Virus record (IMG/VR): IMGVR_UViG_3300031754_000005
Span: 1 to 58,765 of that record
Length of the DNA: 58,765 bases
Direction: 5' to 3' (one strand)
Source of the DNA: a virus
Taxonomy: Duplodnaviria; Caudoviricetes
Shown one piece after another: positions 36,028-45,882 of this stretch. Below the pieces are notes generated by a model. That model made no database searches. It was not told the origin of the DNA and saw only the letters and a program-made list of their open reading frames with translations. Made by a program: the position numbers and the translations under genes. The stretch's first letter is position 1. Each line of letters starts with the position of its first letter.

Positions 36028-36849
36028 CTATTGCACCGGCGGGCGGGCCGGCTCGGCGATCGTGCCGAGGATGTGCACCGGCTCGCGGTTGATGACCCGC
36101 AGCTCGCCATCGGCCGGTCGCCCGTTGCCGAGTTGCGGCGGTCCCACCGGATCGCCCGTCGGCCCGCGCAGGACGCGGAAGCCCTCGACGAGCGGGTCGG
36201 AGGGTGCCGGCAACGGCACATGGCCGATCGAATCGAGAAAGTGCCGGTGAATTTCGGCCGCGGCCTGGTTCATCGGCACCATCGCCTCGTTTGGCACGCC
36301 GGGCCACGAAAAGCGGGTGGCGTAAGTCTTTTTGTCGCTGCCGATAAAAGTCGGGTGGACCCGCTCTTCCGAGAGGTAGCAGACCTGGCGCGTCTCATAT
36401 TCGGGCGATAGGCGCTCTGCGCGGCACCTGAGGATTGCATCGGTCATCGCCTCGCGCGATCGCGAGCGCTGCGCGAGGACGGCCGGCGCCACCGCGCGGC
36501 GCGAACCCGGCCGGCCCTGGTCGATCAGTTCGCCGATCGTCAGCGCCAGCTTTTCGGCAAAGGCCCGGTCGGTATGACCATCGGCGACAGCTTCGGAGAG
36601 CCCGGCAATCTCGCGCTTGGCGGCGAGATCGGCCATGATCTTTGCCACCGCCTCGGCGACGGCGCCGGTGATCGCGGCTTTGACCTGCGGATTTTCCATC
36701 AGCCGCGACAGATCGAGTGGCGCGCCGGCCGGCGCTGCGGCTGCGTCTTCCGCGGCGGGTTGCTGGCCGATCGGCGTCTGGCCCTGGGCCAGCAATGCCG
36801 CTTCGCGCTCGGCCAATTCGGATTGGGCGCGGTCTGGGGTGCTGCGCAT
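36028..36849 (-). CDS. Hypothetical protein in head module
   Basis: ORF co-oriented with neighbours; W-GVPN-AM-P-N motif. Confidence 0.7.
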   Translation of the reverse strand: MRSTPDRAQSELAEREAALLAQGQTPIGQQPAAEDAAAAPAGAPLDLSRLMENPQVKAAITGAVAEAVAKIMADLAAKREIAGLSEAVADGHTDRAFAEKLALTIGELIDQGRPGSRRAVAPAVLAQRSRSREAMTDAILRCRAERLSPEYETRQVCYLSEERVHPTFIGSDKKTYATRFSWPGVPNEAMVPMNQAAAEIHRHFLDSIGHVPLPAPSDPLVEGFRVLRGPTGDPVGPPQLGNGRPADGELRVINREPVHILGTIAEPARPPVQ

Positions 36850-36883
36850 GGTGTGATGCCGTAAATTGTGGAGGAGGGGTCGA

Positions 36884-37153
36884 ATGGACGAGAAACCGGC
36901 AGACCTGATCGAGCAGGCGGTTGCGCGGTTTATCGGCAGTGCGGCGCTGGTCAATGACGACGCCGCGGAATGCGCCGGCGCGGTGCTCGAAGCGCTCGCC
37001 GCTGCCGGCTATGTCATCGTGCCGCGCGAGCCGACCGAGGCGATGCTTGAGGCTGGCGCGTTAACGGAAGACCTTGACATCGGCTTCGCTGAACAGGGCG
37101 CGAACCTGTGGCGCGCGATGATCGCTGCCGCGCCGGGTCAGGCGATCGTATAG
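36884..37153 (+). CDS. Small phage protein, antisense to the late operon
   Basis: GGAGG RBS; VPREPTEAMLEAG ... WRAMIAAAP motif. Confidence 0.72.
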   Translation: MDEKPADLIEQAVARFIGSAALVNDDAAECAGAVLEALAAAGYVIVPREPTEAMLEAGALTEDLDIGFAEQGANLWRAMIAAAPGQAIV

Positions 37154-37695
37154 TTGCGTGCCGCTTGCCGATTGCTCTGATCGTCGCGATCGGTCGTGAC
37201 CAGCGCATAGGCGATCGTCCCGGCGCTGAGATTGGTGCCGGCCGGGAACTGCATCAGGAGCCGGGCAAACCGCGGCCGGAGCGTCACGGGAAATACCGGC
37301 GGCCAGTCAAACCGGCCGATGACGGTGTTGGCGGCAGCATCGCCCACCGCGCGCGCGCCCGTCTCGACAACGGTCGACCAGGCGCCCGGCTGATAAAGGC
37401 CGGCAGCGCCGGTATCCGGGGCGAGCTGAAAAGCCAGGTTCCAGGTCGCGGCGTTGCCGGTCGTAAACGCGGTGCCTGTGGCGATCGCCAAAAGCGCGCG
37501 CTTGACGCCGATGCCGAAATCGGTGCCGAAAAGCGCCGCGGTGCCGATGATCCCGGTCGGCGCGACACCAACGCCGTTACCGAGCAGATCGAGCGCGACA
37601 CCGCCCGGCGCCATCACGATCGGCTGGCCGGCAGCGCCAACCATGCTCTGATTTTGGCCAATTCCTACAAAAGCGAGGAGGGCATCGACATACAT
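37138..37695 (-). CDS. Capsid cement protein (Bbp16-like)
   Basis: M-x-x-DALL-F start, RF-RL, GTI-x-x-LV; directly after MCP. Confidence 0.78.
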   Translation of the reverse strand: MYVDALLAFVGIGQNQSMVGAAGQPIVMAPGGVALDLLGNGVGVAPTGIIGTAALFGTDFGIGVKRALLAIATGTAFTTGNAATWNLAFQLAPDTGAAGLYQPGAWSTVVETGARAVGDAAANTVIGRFDWPPVFPVTLRPRFARLLMQFPAGTNLSAGTIAYALVTTDRDDQSNRQAARNYTIA

Positions 37696-37720
37696 TGGGC
37701 TATCCCTTTTTCGGGCAGGT

Positions 37721-37742
37721 AAAACCGCCCGAAGGCGGCTTT
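37721..37742 (-). terminator. Terminator after major capsid gene
   Basis: Minus strand CCGCC-TTCG-GGCGG-TTTT. Confidence 0.75.
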
Positions 37743-37775
37743 ATGGGTTGATGGATCGCGATTCGCCGCGCTCGC

Positions 37776-38825
37776 TCAGACGACCTGCGCTTCCGTTGTG
37801 AGCAGCTGGTCGACGACCCTGAGCGGGATGCCGCGGATGTAGTCGGTGACGATGCCGGCGGCGTCGGTCAGGGACAGCAGCACGTTCCTGTCGCGCATCC
37901 CCTGCGTATCAAACCACAAGCGTCCGGTGCGGTTGGTGTAGAGGGCCGGACGGATGCCGATCGCCGCCTCGTCCGGGGCGTCGGTTTCGGTGATCCCGCT
38001 GGCCATCTGGGAGAGCGTCGGCGGGTACATAAAGGCCCGCGCGAGCGTGGCGTAGAGGTCGAGCGCACTTGGCCCGGCGAGCCCGGCCGCGGTCACATCA
38101 ACGTTCGCGATGCGCACGCCATAGCGCCAGTCCTCCGGCACGATCCCCGCCTCCTGGCGGAAATGCGTCGTATAGACCTTGAAGGGGTTGCCCAGCGCGT
38201 CCGAGCCGGGCCAGGTGGTGCCCAGATCCTCCTGGTGGAGACCGGCTTTTGAGCCGCGCGGGTAGAGCGCCTTGATTGTGCGCTCGCCCCAGCAGATCAG
38301 CCAGATCGACAGGTTGGAAGAGCCGGTGCCGCCGCCGTCGATGACATTGGCGCCGTTGAGCGCGTTTGCCGTGTTCTTCGTGTTGTAGAAGGGCGAGAGC
38401 CCCATGAACTCGGCCGGGGTGACGACCGAATTGCCGTACAGCACGACGCTCGCCAGGTTCTGCGACATGCCTTCGAGAAAGCCGATGTCCTCGAGGTAGC
38501 GTGCGCGCTCGATATCGCCCGACCGCTCGGCGATAACGACGTCCATCTGGCTCCAGGCTTCGAGCATGCCGAGCCCGACCCGCGCCTTGGCGGTGGTCGA
38601 CTTGGCGTAGGGCACCCCGGCGTTGATCTGTCGCCAAGCGCCCTGCGGCACCGAAGTGCGGTAGCCGAATTCATGCCCGGTCATCTCCGAGCTTTCGACC
38701 CACGGCATGTCGGTCAGGATCGCGTTGAACTGCGACATCAGCTCCGCCATGCGGAGCTGCTTTCCCATCCCGTCGGTGCGGGAGGTCAGGTCGAGTAGAG
38801 TGAGCCACTGCCCAGTACCGGCCAT
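37776..38825 (-). CDS. Major capsid protein (BPP-1 Bbp17-like)
   Basis: N-IL-D-PW, WR-IN-GV, YP-GS-AGL, DWRY-VRIAN, GIP-R-VD-L-x-TE. Confidence 0.92.
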   Translation of the reverse strand: MAGTGQWLTLLDLTSRTDGMGKQLRMAELMSQFNAILTDMPWVESSEMTGHEFGYRTSVPQGAWRQINAGVPYAKSTTAKARVGLGMLEAWSQMDVVIAERSGDIERARYLEDIGFLEGMSQNLASVVLYGNSVVTPAEFMGLSPFYNTKNTANALNGANVIDGGGTGSSNLSIWLICWGERTIKALYPRGSKAGLHQEDLGTTWPGSDALGNPFKVYTTHFRQEAGIVPEDWRYGVRIANVDVTAAGLAGPSALDLYATLARAFMYPPTLSQMASGITETDAPDEAAIGIRPALYTNRTGRLWFDTQGMRDRNVLLSLTDAAGIVTDYIRGIPLRVVDQLLTTEAQVV

Positions 38826-38952
38826 CGTAAAGGCACTCCTGTTGCGGAATGCCGAGCCTCACCCCCGCCGCTCTCTCTCGCCTGCGGCGGGCTTCTGATG
38901 CTGTTCGGAATTCAGAGAATTAAGGGGTCCCGCCTTGCGGGAAATTGCGAAA

Positions 38953-39819
38953 TCAGCCTGGCGGCTTGTCGTGGTCGTACCACTGGCCGCGGTCGAAGCG
39001 GCCCTGCGCCGGCCGCTTGCCGATATCGGGCGGCGGGTTGTGCGGCGGCGGCGCGGGTGAGGGTTCGGCAAACCGCCGTCCCGCGCGATAGAGCAGTCGC
39101 AGCATCGCCGGGTGGTTGCCGACACCCGAAATCCGCAGCATGTCGGCAAAGTCGGCGCGGTCGGCTTCGGCGACGAGCTCGTCGCGCGCCTGCGCCACAA
39201 ATTTCATCGCGGTCTGGTGTCCGGCGCCGCCGAGTTCCGGATCGGCCAGGACGCGCTGCTGCCAGGCCTGCTGGGTCTCGCCAAAGACCCGCCATTGGTC
39301 GGCGGCGACGCCTTCGGCGTAGCGCTGCATCTCGGCGATGTGCAACTCGGCCAGTTGCTGGCGCGCTTCGCCCGGCAGCCGGTGCGGCGCGATAACCGCA
39401 TCAAAGGCCTCAATTCGTTCCGGCGTCAATTCGACGCCATCGGGCAAATTCAGCGGCTCGTATTTGATCGGCTCGGCGGCTGCGGCTGCGGCAGCGGCAT
39501 CGGCCGCCGCCGCGTCGCCGTCCGCGGGCTTTGCCGGCTCGGTCGGCAGCTCGGCCGGCTTTTCCGGCGCCCCGGCGGCTTCCAGCAGCGAAGCGGCTTC
39601 GGTGATCGCCGGTCTGGCCGGTGCAGCGGGGGCAGCGGGCTCGGCAGCGGGTATTTCCGGGGCCGGCGGGGCTCCAGAGGGCGCCTCGGGAACAACAGGT
39701 GCGCCGGGGCTCCCGCCGGTCCCAGAAATGACGGCGCCCGCTACGGGGGCGGGCGCGGCGGGTTCGATGATCGTTGCGGGGGCCGGTAGCGGCGTCCCGC
39801 CTGTGCTATCGTCTGGCAA
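38953..39819 (-). CDS. Capsid scaffolding protein
   Basis: Pro/Ala-rich N-terminus, DPELGG, G-GNHP motif; directly upstream of MCP. Confidence 0.85.
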   Translation of the reverse strand: MPDDSTGGTPLPAPATIIEPAAPAPVAGAVISGTGGSPGAPVVPEAPSGAPPAPEIPAAEPAAPAAPARPAITEAASLLEAAGAPEKPAELPTEPAKPADGDAAAADAAAAAAAAEPIKYEPLNLPDGVELTPERIEAFDAVIAPHRLPGEARQQLAELHIAEMQRYAEGVAADQWRVFGETQQAWQQRVLADPELGGAGHQTAMKFVAQARDELVAEADRADFADMLRISGVGNHPAMLRLLYRAGRRFAEPSPAPPPHNPPPDIGKRPAQGRFDRGQWYDHDKPPG

Positions 39820-39891
39820 TGGAAAGCCCTTCTAACCTGCCTACCGGCGCTGATTTTGCGCTGGGCTCCTTGAGAGAACTGCGACACGCGA

Positions 39892-40323
39892 TCACCGAGT
39901 TGACTGCGCGCGTGACGGCGATTGAGCGCGCACTGGCGTTGCCAGCGCCGGATCGTTCTCGCGCATCATCAGCTGGACCCCCTCGGGCTCAAACCTGAGC
40001 CAGGAGCGGTAAAGCCGGAACGCCAACCGCTGCTCGCCGGCTTCGCACCAGGTCGCCGCCTCTTGCGGAAATCCGTTCGGCCCGCAGGCAAAGCGCTCTT
40101 CGAAAGCATGGCCGGCCTGCAGGATGCCCCACATTTCGCGCCGGCCGATCGCAGTGGCGAACACCGCGCGCCAGAAGAGCCGCGCTTCTTCCTCGCGCTG
40201 CTTCTGGTTGGCCCGCGCCCGGCGGTGCGACTTCCGGTCGGCGGCGTTCGGGATCTCGTCAAGCGGATGCGGCGCTGCGGCCGGCTCGTCTTCCTCCGGC
40301 AGCCCGTCGTCGTCTTCCGCCAT
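39892..40323 (-). CDS. Bbp19-like head module protein
   Basis: VF-T-x-GRR-x-W-IL ... EAGEQR motif; synteny. Confidence 0.75.
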   Translation of the reverse strand: MAEDDDGLPEEDEPAAAPHPLDEIPNAADRKSHRRARANQKQREEEARLFWRAVFATAIGRREMWGILQAGHAFEERFACGPNGFPQEAATWCEAGEQRLAFRLYRSWLRFEPEGVQLMMRENDPALATPVRAQSPSRAQSTR

Positions 40324-40572
40324 CTAGCTCGCGCTGCGGTGCCGCTGCCCGCTGTACCACAGCATGAAATCGGGATGCCGGCCGTAGCTGTCGCTCGGCA
40401 ATACCGGCGGGAAAAACGATGCGGGCACCGCCTCCTTGCCGGCTATGCCCTGGCGCAGCCCGACGATAAACATCGTTGGCGGTGCTTCGCGGCAATGTCC
40501 GATCGCCGCGCCCTCGCCAAAGAAATGGATGCACGTCGCGCAGGTCGGCCGGCCCGCCGGCTCGTCGTTCAT
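40324..40572 (-). CDS. Small Cys-rich protein
   Basis: CATCIHF ... CREAPP ... FPPV motif; final Cys replaced by Tyr. Confidence 0.65.
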   Translation of the reverse strand: MNDEPAGRPTCATCIHFFGEGAAIGHCREAPPTMFIVGLRQGIAGKEAVPASFFPPVLPSDSYGRHPDFMLWYSGQRHRSAS

Positions 40573-41003
40573 TCGGTCAGCGCCCGGTATGCAGCGAGCG
40601 GAAACGGCGCGATCTCGCGCGGCTCAGGCTCGCGCGGCGGAAGGGGGACAAGACCGGCGGCATTGTCAATGGCCCGTAACGACAGCCACCCGGACGCGAC
40701 AAGCAGGTGCGGGGGGATCATATACGAGCGATAGATGCGCGCTGCGGCGGCCTCGATGTCGGCGAGCGTCAACGCCGGCCGCGCAGGCGGCTCGTTTATG
40801 GCCGCGAGCTCGTGCTGGCGTTGGATGATCTTCCGCTCCACGTACCGCGCCGCACCGGCTGCACGTTCTTCTTCCGGTAACGCATTCAGCGCGCGCAAAT
40901 CCTGAAGCGCGTCCATCCCGGGACCGCGACCGTAATTCTCGACTGCGCCGATCCGCGCTAGAGCGCGCGGGATGATTTCATGGTTGGTGACGCTCATGCT
41001 CAT
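40569..41003 (-). CDS. Hypothetical protein
   Basis: ATGA overlaps on both sides. Confidence 0.55.
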   Translation of the reverse strand: MSMSVTNHEIIPRALARIGAVENYGRGPGMDALQDLRALNALPEEERAAGAARYVERKIIQRQHELAAINEPPARPALTLADIEAAAARIYRSYMIPPHLLVASGWLSLRAIDNAAGLVPLPPREPEPREIAPFPLAAYRALTE

Positions 41004-41551
41004 GCCGCCCTCTTATCCTTGAACCCCGGCGGCAGCACGATAGCACCGGGCGCCTTTACCTGCACCGGGCGGCTCTCTCTATGCGGGCCAGGCCGCATCG
41101 GCGGCATCAGCGCGCCCTGGGTCATGGGCGAGCGTCCGAGCGGTCGGTCGTGCCGGCGCTGCATCTGCCGGTGGATCTCGCGCAGTACCGTCGCGGCCTT
41201 CAGGAAGAGTGGCCCGCGGTAGTGCGAGCGCAACCAGTCGCCGATCTTCTGGTGCAGGGTGCCCATCATGTGCGAGACCTCAAGCCATCCGGCCGAGTCG
41301 TTCTCGCCCATTTGCACGGCTTCAAGCCCGTGCGTGCCACTGAAGCCAACGGGGGCGCCCACTCCGCCGGCGTCGTCGCGACACCACGCCAAGGCGCGGC
41401 AGGCGCCGGTGATCAGCTTTAATTCTTCCAGGAGCCGCAGATAGGTCGGGCCACGGATCGGCAGCCGCGCCAGCTTTTCGCAGTCCTCCGCCGCAAGGCG
41501 CATATTTTCCGACAGGCATGCCCAGATTTCGGCCTCGGTCGGGATGCTCAC
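41000..41551 (-). CDS. Hypothetical protein
   Basis: GTGA overlap with portal stop. Confidence 0.6.
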   Translation of the reverse strand: MSIPTEAEIWACLSENMRLAAEDCEKLARLPIRGPTYLRLLEELKLITGACRALAWCRDDAGGVGAPVGFSGTHGLEAVQMGENDSAGWLEVSHMMGTLHQKIGDWLRSHYRGPLFLKAATVLREIHRQMQRRHDRPLGRSPMTQGALMPPMRPGPHRESRPVQVKAPGAIVLPPGFKDKRAA

Positions 41552-43389
41552 GCCTGCCCTCCCGCCGGCTGTCCGCCGCCCGGCTGGGTTCCCATCATAG
41601 CCTGCACCGCCGATTGTCCGCCGCCGACATCGATGTGGCTCAGCCCCTCGGCTGCCTGCACCGCCGGCAGGGCCGCCGCCATCATCTGCCGCTGCTGCGC
41701 CGCCTTGGCGCGCTCGGCATCCGACGCGGTGACTTCAGCCTCGCTGTAGATGCCGCGCGCCGGGTAGCCGAGCCGGTCGGCATAGATCCGCGCGCCTTCG
41801 TCGAGGTTGAAGATCCGCAGCGGGTTCGGCAGTCCGGCCGCCATGGCGCCCTCGCTGAGCTTTGCCACGGTGCCCAGCGTCCGCTCGATCCCGGCGGTTT
41901 CGGCCGCTCGCTGCGCCAGTTTCATCATGCTGATGTATTCGATGGCGATCGGAACGCCGCGCAGCGACGGCGGCGGCGGCTTCAGGAGCCCGCGGCGTTG
42001 CATGATCGCGACGACACGCTGGATGGCGGGCGAGGCGAATTCGGTCTCAAACAATTCGATGACCGGCCCCAGCAACTGGATCTTCTCGCCCTTCCTCTCG
42101 GCGATCTCCAGTTCGTTCCGGGGCTGCACCCCCTCCATCTGGCTGATCATCAGGAAGACATCGACAAAGAATGCGCGGTCGATGCGCTTCTGCACGCCCT
42201 CGATATCGGCCGAGAGCGCCGGCATGCCGTGTCCGTCCACCTCGTAGAGCGGCCAGAACCCCTTTTTGCCGCCCTCGGTGTTGATGTAGGTGACCTCGCC
42301 CGGCAATATCGAAGTCGGCTCCATCTTCAGGGCCGGGTCGGCGCCCATCGGCGGGCGCACCATCTTGTCGATGTATTCGCCCTTCCTGCGCTGCTCGTGC
42401 TGCAGCTGCGTCGTGCCGCCCAATGCCACCATCCCGGGGCCGCGGCCATAGGCATCGTTCGATGTCTTCGACCAGCGCGCGACGACAAACGGGCGCTCGC
42501 GAAACCCGCGGCGCGACAATTCCGCCTCGGTCTTCTGCCCGCGCAGCCAATAGACTTCGCGATAGATAAAATCGCCGCCGACCACCGCGATCTTGTTGTC
42601 GGCCTTGCCGCGCGCCGCCAGCGGGAAATTGGGCTCGATCGCGTGCCCGACGACAAACTCGCGCTCGAGGCTCGCCCCGCCCTGCAGCCAATGCTGGCGC
42701 ACCTGCTGCGGGCAGTGGTCGAGCCTGAACCAATCGACGATCTGCGCCACGGTGTAGGTGTATTCGCGGTAAAAGCTGTCGACACTGAGGCGGCCGCCGA
42801 CACTGAGAAAATATTCCCCGGCGCACGGCACATAGCAGCGGATTACGTCTTCGAAATCCTCGTAGATCAGCATCGGCGCGGTGCCGAAGGTAACGAGGTC
42901 CTGAAAGACCTGCGCGCCCTCGGTGTAGAAGTTGCTGCCGCCCAGCACCGCATAGATCCGCTCGGTTGTGTCGTCGAGCCAGGCGGCGGCGGCGGCGTCC
43001 GGCTCAAAATTCGGCAATGCCGTCCCGAGCTTGAACCACGGCCGCGACGACGACATGACGCCCGCCTGCAAGCCGGCCGAGCAGACGCCCATCGCATAGG
43101 TCGCCGTCTCGTCGATGATCGCATCGTTGACCGAGTTGCCCCGGTTCAGGTTGTTGGCGGTGATGACCCAGTGGTAGCGGTAGGGCAGGATCAGCCGCGC
43201 CAGGCGCGCCCAGTGGCCCCACCAGCTGTAGCGCCACACCCGCAGGCTCGCGAGCCGGGCTTCGAGATGAACGTAAAGGTCCTGCCAATCAGCCTCGGCG
43301 CGCGGTTCCGGCGCGCTGAGCGGCTGCTCGGCAAGAAAGCTCGGCCCCGCCCGCTCGTAGGGCGCCACCGCCTCGGCTGCTGCTGCCAT
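41548..43389 (-). CDS. Portal (head-tail connector) protein
   Basis: RPWF-L, SNFY, FGTA, YGRGPG, E-x-ER-x-EK-x-x-LGPV. Confidence 0.93.
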   Translation of the reverse strand: MAAAAEAVAPYERAGPSFLAEQPLSAPEPRAEADWQDLYVHLEARLASLRVWRYSWWGHWARLARLILPYRYHWVITANNLNRGNSVNDAIIDETATYAMGVCSAGLQAGVMSSSRPWFKLGTALPNFEPDAAAAAWLDDTTERIYAVLGGSNFYTEGAQVFQDLVTFGTAPMLIYEDFEDVIRCYVPCAGEYFLSVGGRLSVDSFYREYTYTVAQIVDWFRLDHCPQQVRQHWLQGGASLEREFVVGHAIEPNFPLAARGKADNKIAVVGGDFIYREVYWLRGQKTEAELSRRGFRERPFVVARWSKTSNDAYGRGPGMVALGGTTQLQHEQRRKGEYIDKMVRPPMGADPALKMEPTSILPGEVTYINTEGGKKGFWPLYEVDGHGMPALSADIEGVQKRIDRAFFVDVFLMISQMEGVQPRNELEIAERKGEKIQLLGPVIELFETEFASPAIQRVVAIMQRRGLLKPPPPSLRGVPIAIEYISMMKLAQRAAETAGIERTLGTVAKLSEGAMAAGLPNPLRIFNLDEGARIYADRLGYPARGIYSEAEVTASDAERAKAAQQRQMMAAALPAVQAAEGLSHIDVGGGQSAVQAMMGTQPGGGQPAGGQA

Positions 43390-43396
43390 GCCCGGC

Positions 43397-43621
43397 TCAG
43401 GTGCCGACCAGCGCTTTGGTCGCCGTCGCCGGCGATTGGGTGCCCTGGCCCCCGGTCAGGAGCGTATTGTCGAACCCCGCGCCGCCCGCCGTTGCCGCGG
43501 CGGCCCGCGCCGCATCGGCCGCGGCCATGACGCCGCTCGACGCCATCGTCGGCGGATTGGGCGGCGGCGGGGGCGGCGGGGGCGGCGCCGGGATCTTTGG
43601 CCCGCCGAACTGCATCCCCAT
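43397..43621 (-). CDS. Small Pro-rich virion-associated protein
   Basis: GGPKIPAPPPP ... TLLTG ... LVG, typical of the gene before the portal. Confidence 0.75.
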   Translation of the reverse strand: MGMQFGGPKIPAPPPPPPPPPNPPTMASSGVMAAADAARAAAATAGGAGFDNTLLTGGQGTQSPATATKALVGT

Positions 43622-43755
43622 CAGGCGAGGGCTTTCTTGCGCCGCTCAAAAGCCGCGCGATCGGCCTCTTCCTCGAAATTGCGCTTCTGGCGCAGCGGCG
43701 CCATCTGCTTCCCGTGCGCCGATTGGGTCAGGACCGCGACCGAGAATGCCCTCAT
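43621..43755 (-). CDS. 44-aa hypothetical protein (not in ORF track)
   Basis: ATG overlaps terL stop and TGA overlaps next ATG. Confidence 0.5.
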   Translation of the reverse strand: MRAFSVAVLTQSAHGKQMAPLRQKRNFEEEADRAAFERRKKALA

Positions 43756-45173
43756 CGGCCAATCTCCCCGTAGGGGTCATATTCCTTGCGGTGCGCGGTT
43801 GCGCCCAGCGGATGCGTCCCGCGCGGCAATACCGGCTGCGCAAAGGTCAGCACGAAAGCGTCGGCGTGGTCCGGCGAATAGCCGAGCCGCTCCTTGATCA
43901 GCGCCTTGTCCTCAAGCAACAGCCGGTCGCCGCGGAAGCTGTAGGTGGTTTGCGTCAACGCGGCGCCGAGCTCCGGGCACGGCGGCAATTGGCCGCCGCC
44001 CTTGATCCACTTCGCCGCCTCGAAATACATTTCGGCCCGCTTGTTGTAATAGCGCCGGTCATGCGGCTCTCCGGCAAACGGCACGCCGATCGGCGAGCGC
44101 CCCAGCTGCCGCAGCGCATCGATCCAGCCCGTCGCCCATCCGCCGCTGTCGTCGATAAAGCAGCCGTCGGCTTGCCAGTCGCCCCATTTCCGCGCAACGG
44201 CGCCGGCGCCCTGAAAGGAGTCGAGGTTGCGGTATTGCAGCGGCGTGAAGGCAACCAAACCCTGACGCGGAAAGATCACCGAGCTGTCGTCGCCAAATCG
44301 CGCCACATCGACACCGAGGATTTTTGCCCTGTGCGCGAAGTCGCCCTCGCGATAGCTGCGCCGCTCGGCGGCGGCGATCTCCTCCGGCCCGATCAGCGTG
44401 TTGATCGAGGATGGCGGGAACCGGCCAAAGATGTTGACCAGCACCCAGGGATTATCGGCGCCGTATTGCTCGATCTGCTCCCGCGCATGCGCGATCGGGA
44501 TGCGCGGACTGCGCTTTGGGTCATCCGGGTCGCCGGTGATCTCGACCACGACCCAGAGCCGCCGCGCTACCGTGCAGGCCCGGTAGAGCGGCCCCGAGAG
44601 GAGGAGCGGGTTGCCGGCCTGAACGATATGCGCCTCGACCGGATCGCCGGCAAAGATGCCCTCGGCGGTCGGCATGATCGCGTCGGGATAGGCGCCCGAC
44701 TCGTCCATCAGCCATAGCACGTAGCGGCTGTGGAGCCCGGCCAGCGCGTGGCCGATCTGCTCGCGCGTTGCGTCCTTTGCCCAGGTGCGGGCCTCAAGTT
44801 TCCAGGTCTGCGGATGGTCGCGGGCGAAAATTTCGGTCTTTGTCTGCTCGAACGCGGCCTTCAAGAGCGGCGATTTCTCGCGCCACACCGCGAGTTCAGT
44901 CCACAAATTGGCCCGCAGATTGTCGCCGGTGATCGACATCGCGCCGCACCTCGGATGCGGCCGCGTCACCATGAAGTTCCACCCGAGCCACGCGAGGACG
45001 GCGGTCTTCCCGGGCCCTTTGCAGGCCTTCATCGCGAGCCGCGGCGAGGACGGGAAAGCGCTCAGCGCCTCGTCCTGCCAAAGATCGGGCTCGGTGTTAA
45101 AGACCTCGCGGACAAATTGGCTGGGATCCTCACGCCAGCAGCGGAGCGCTGCCGGTGCCACCTCCATCGCCAT
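43752..45173 (-). CDS. terL: Terminase large subunit
   Basis: KGPGKT Walker A, LMDES Walker B, GNP, GVDVARFGDD, SPD-ADA nuclease motifs. Confidence 0.95.
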   Translation of the reverse strand: MAMEVAPAALRCWREDPSQFVREVFNTEPDLWQDEALSAFPSSPRLAMKACKGPGKTAVLAWLGWNFMVTRPHPRCGAMSITGDNLRANLWTELAVWREKSPLLKAAFEQTKTEIFARDHPQTWKLEARTWAKDATREQIGHALAGLHSRYVLWLMDESGAYPDAIMPTAEGIFAGDPVEAHIVQAGNPLLLSGPLYRACTVARRLWVVVEITGDPDDPKRSPRIPIAHAREQIEQYGADNPWVLVNIFGRFPPSSINTLIGPEEIAAAERRSYREGDFAHRAKILGVDVARFGDDSSVIFPRQGLVAFTPLQYRNLDSFQGAGAVARKWGDWQADGCFIDDSGGWATGWIDALRQLGRSPIGVPFAGEPHDRRYYNKRAEMYFEAAKWIKGGGQLPPCPELGAALTQTTYSFRGDRLLLEDKALIKERLGYSPDHADAFVLTFAQPVLPRGTHPLGATAHRKEYDPYGEIGR

Positions 45174-45444
45174 CGGGTTTGAGACTCGCTTCGACCAGTT
45201 GTTCGAGCGTCAGCTTGCCGGTCACGTCGAATTCCTGGCGCGGTTTGCCGTGGCCGCGATCCAGGAGGATCTTGACCGCCTCAAGCCGGTCGGCGTGCCG
45301 CGCGTTCCCGTCCGCCATGATCTCGGCTGCCACCTTGACGCAGCGCGCGGTGTAGCGGTCGGCCAGGTCTTTCAGATCGCGCGTGCGATGGTTCAGCTTG
45401 CCCGGCGGACGCCCGGCGCCGGCGCGTTTACCGCCGTTTTTCAT
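45130..45444 (-). CDS. terS: Terminase small subunit
   Basis: GGKR-GAGRP-G, LLDRG-GKP-Q; directly upstream of terL. Confidence 0.75.
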   Translation of the reverse strand: MKNGGKRAGAGRPPGKLNHRTRDLKDLADRYTARCVKVAAEIMADGNARHADRLEAVKILLDRGHGKPRQEFDVTGKLTLEQLVEASLKPDGDGGGTGSAPLLA

Positions 45445-45446
45445 CG

Positions 45447-45469
45447 AAAACTGATATTTTTTCAGTTTT
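45447..45469. promoter_or_regulatory. AT-rich palindrome at the terS start
   Basis: AAAACTGA-N7-TCAGTTTT. Confidence 0.45.
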
Positions 45470-45516
45470 TGGGCTTAATCGCGGGGAAAATGCCCGGGAA
45501 ATGCCCCGAACTGCGC

Positions 45517-45882
45517 TCAGGCGTGCGATTGCAGCGCGCGCAGGACGGCTTCGGCGTGGGAGAGCGCGTCGTGCAGCTCCAAGGCGCCCCGGTGCAGCGC
45601 GTGCGTCACCGAATTAACCGGCGACTGCGGCTCGGCGGCTTCCTCGGGCGGCTGCTCGACCAGATGGCCAACCCCGACCCGATGCGCAAACGCTTCGAGG
45701 CCGCCGGCGAGGGCGCGCGCCCGCTCCAAGGCAGACACCACCTTGTCGTGAAGCTCGCCGAGCTGGGTCGGCTCCAGCGGTTTTCCTGCCGCGATCATCG
45801 GTGCTGACTGCGGCGGCATACTGCGTGATTGCATTTCTTTCTCTCCCTCAAAGCCAAACCCCGACCCGCGCCGGGAAATCAC
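45517..45882 (-). CDS. Hypothetical helical protein; start uncertain
   Basis: ORF co-oriented; amphipathic helices. Confidence 0.55.
   Translation of the reverse strand: MISRRGSGFGFEGEKEMQSRSMPPQSAPMIAAGKPLEPTQLGELHDKVVSALERARALAGGLEAFAHRVGVGHLVEQPPEEAAEPQSPVNSVTHALHRGALELHDALSHAEAVLRALQSHA

Noticed and set aside
39819-39998. Small plus-strand coiled-coil ORF between scaffold and Bbp19-like gene
   Set aside because: No clear RBS and overlaps a real gene; insufficient support
5794-45444. Genome-wide stop-codon reassignment
   Set aside because: Core genes are full length under the standard code and TAA, TAG and TGA all end genes
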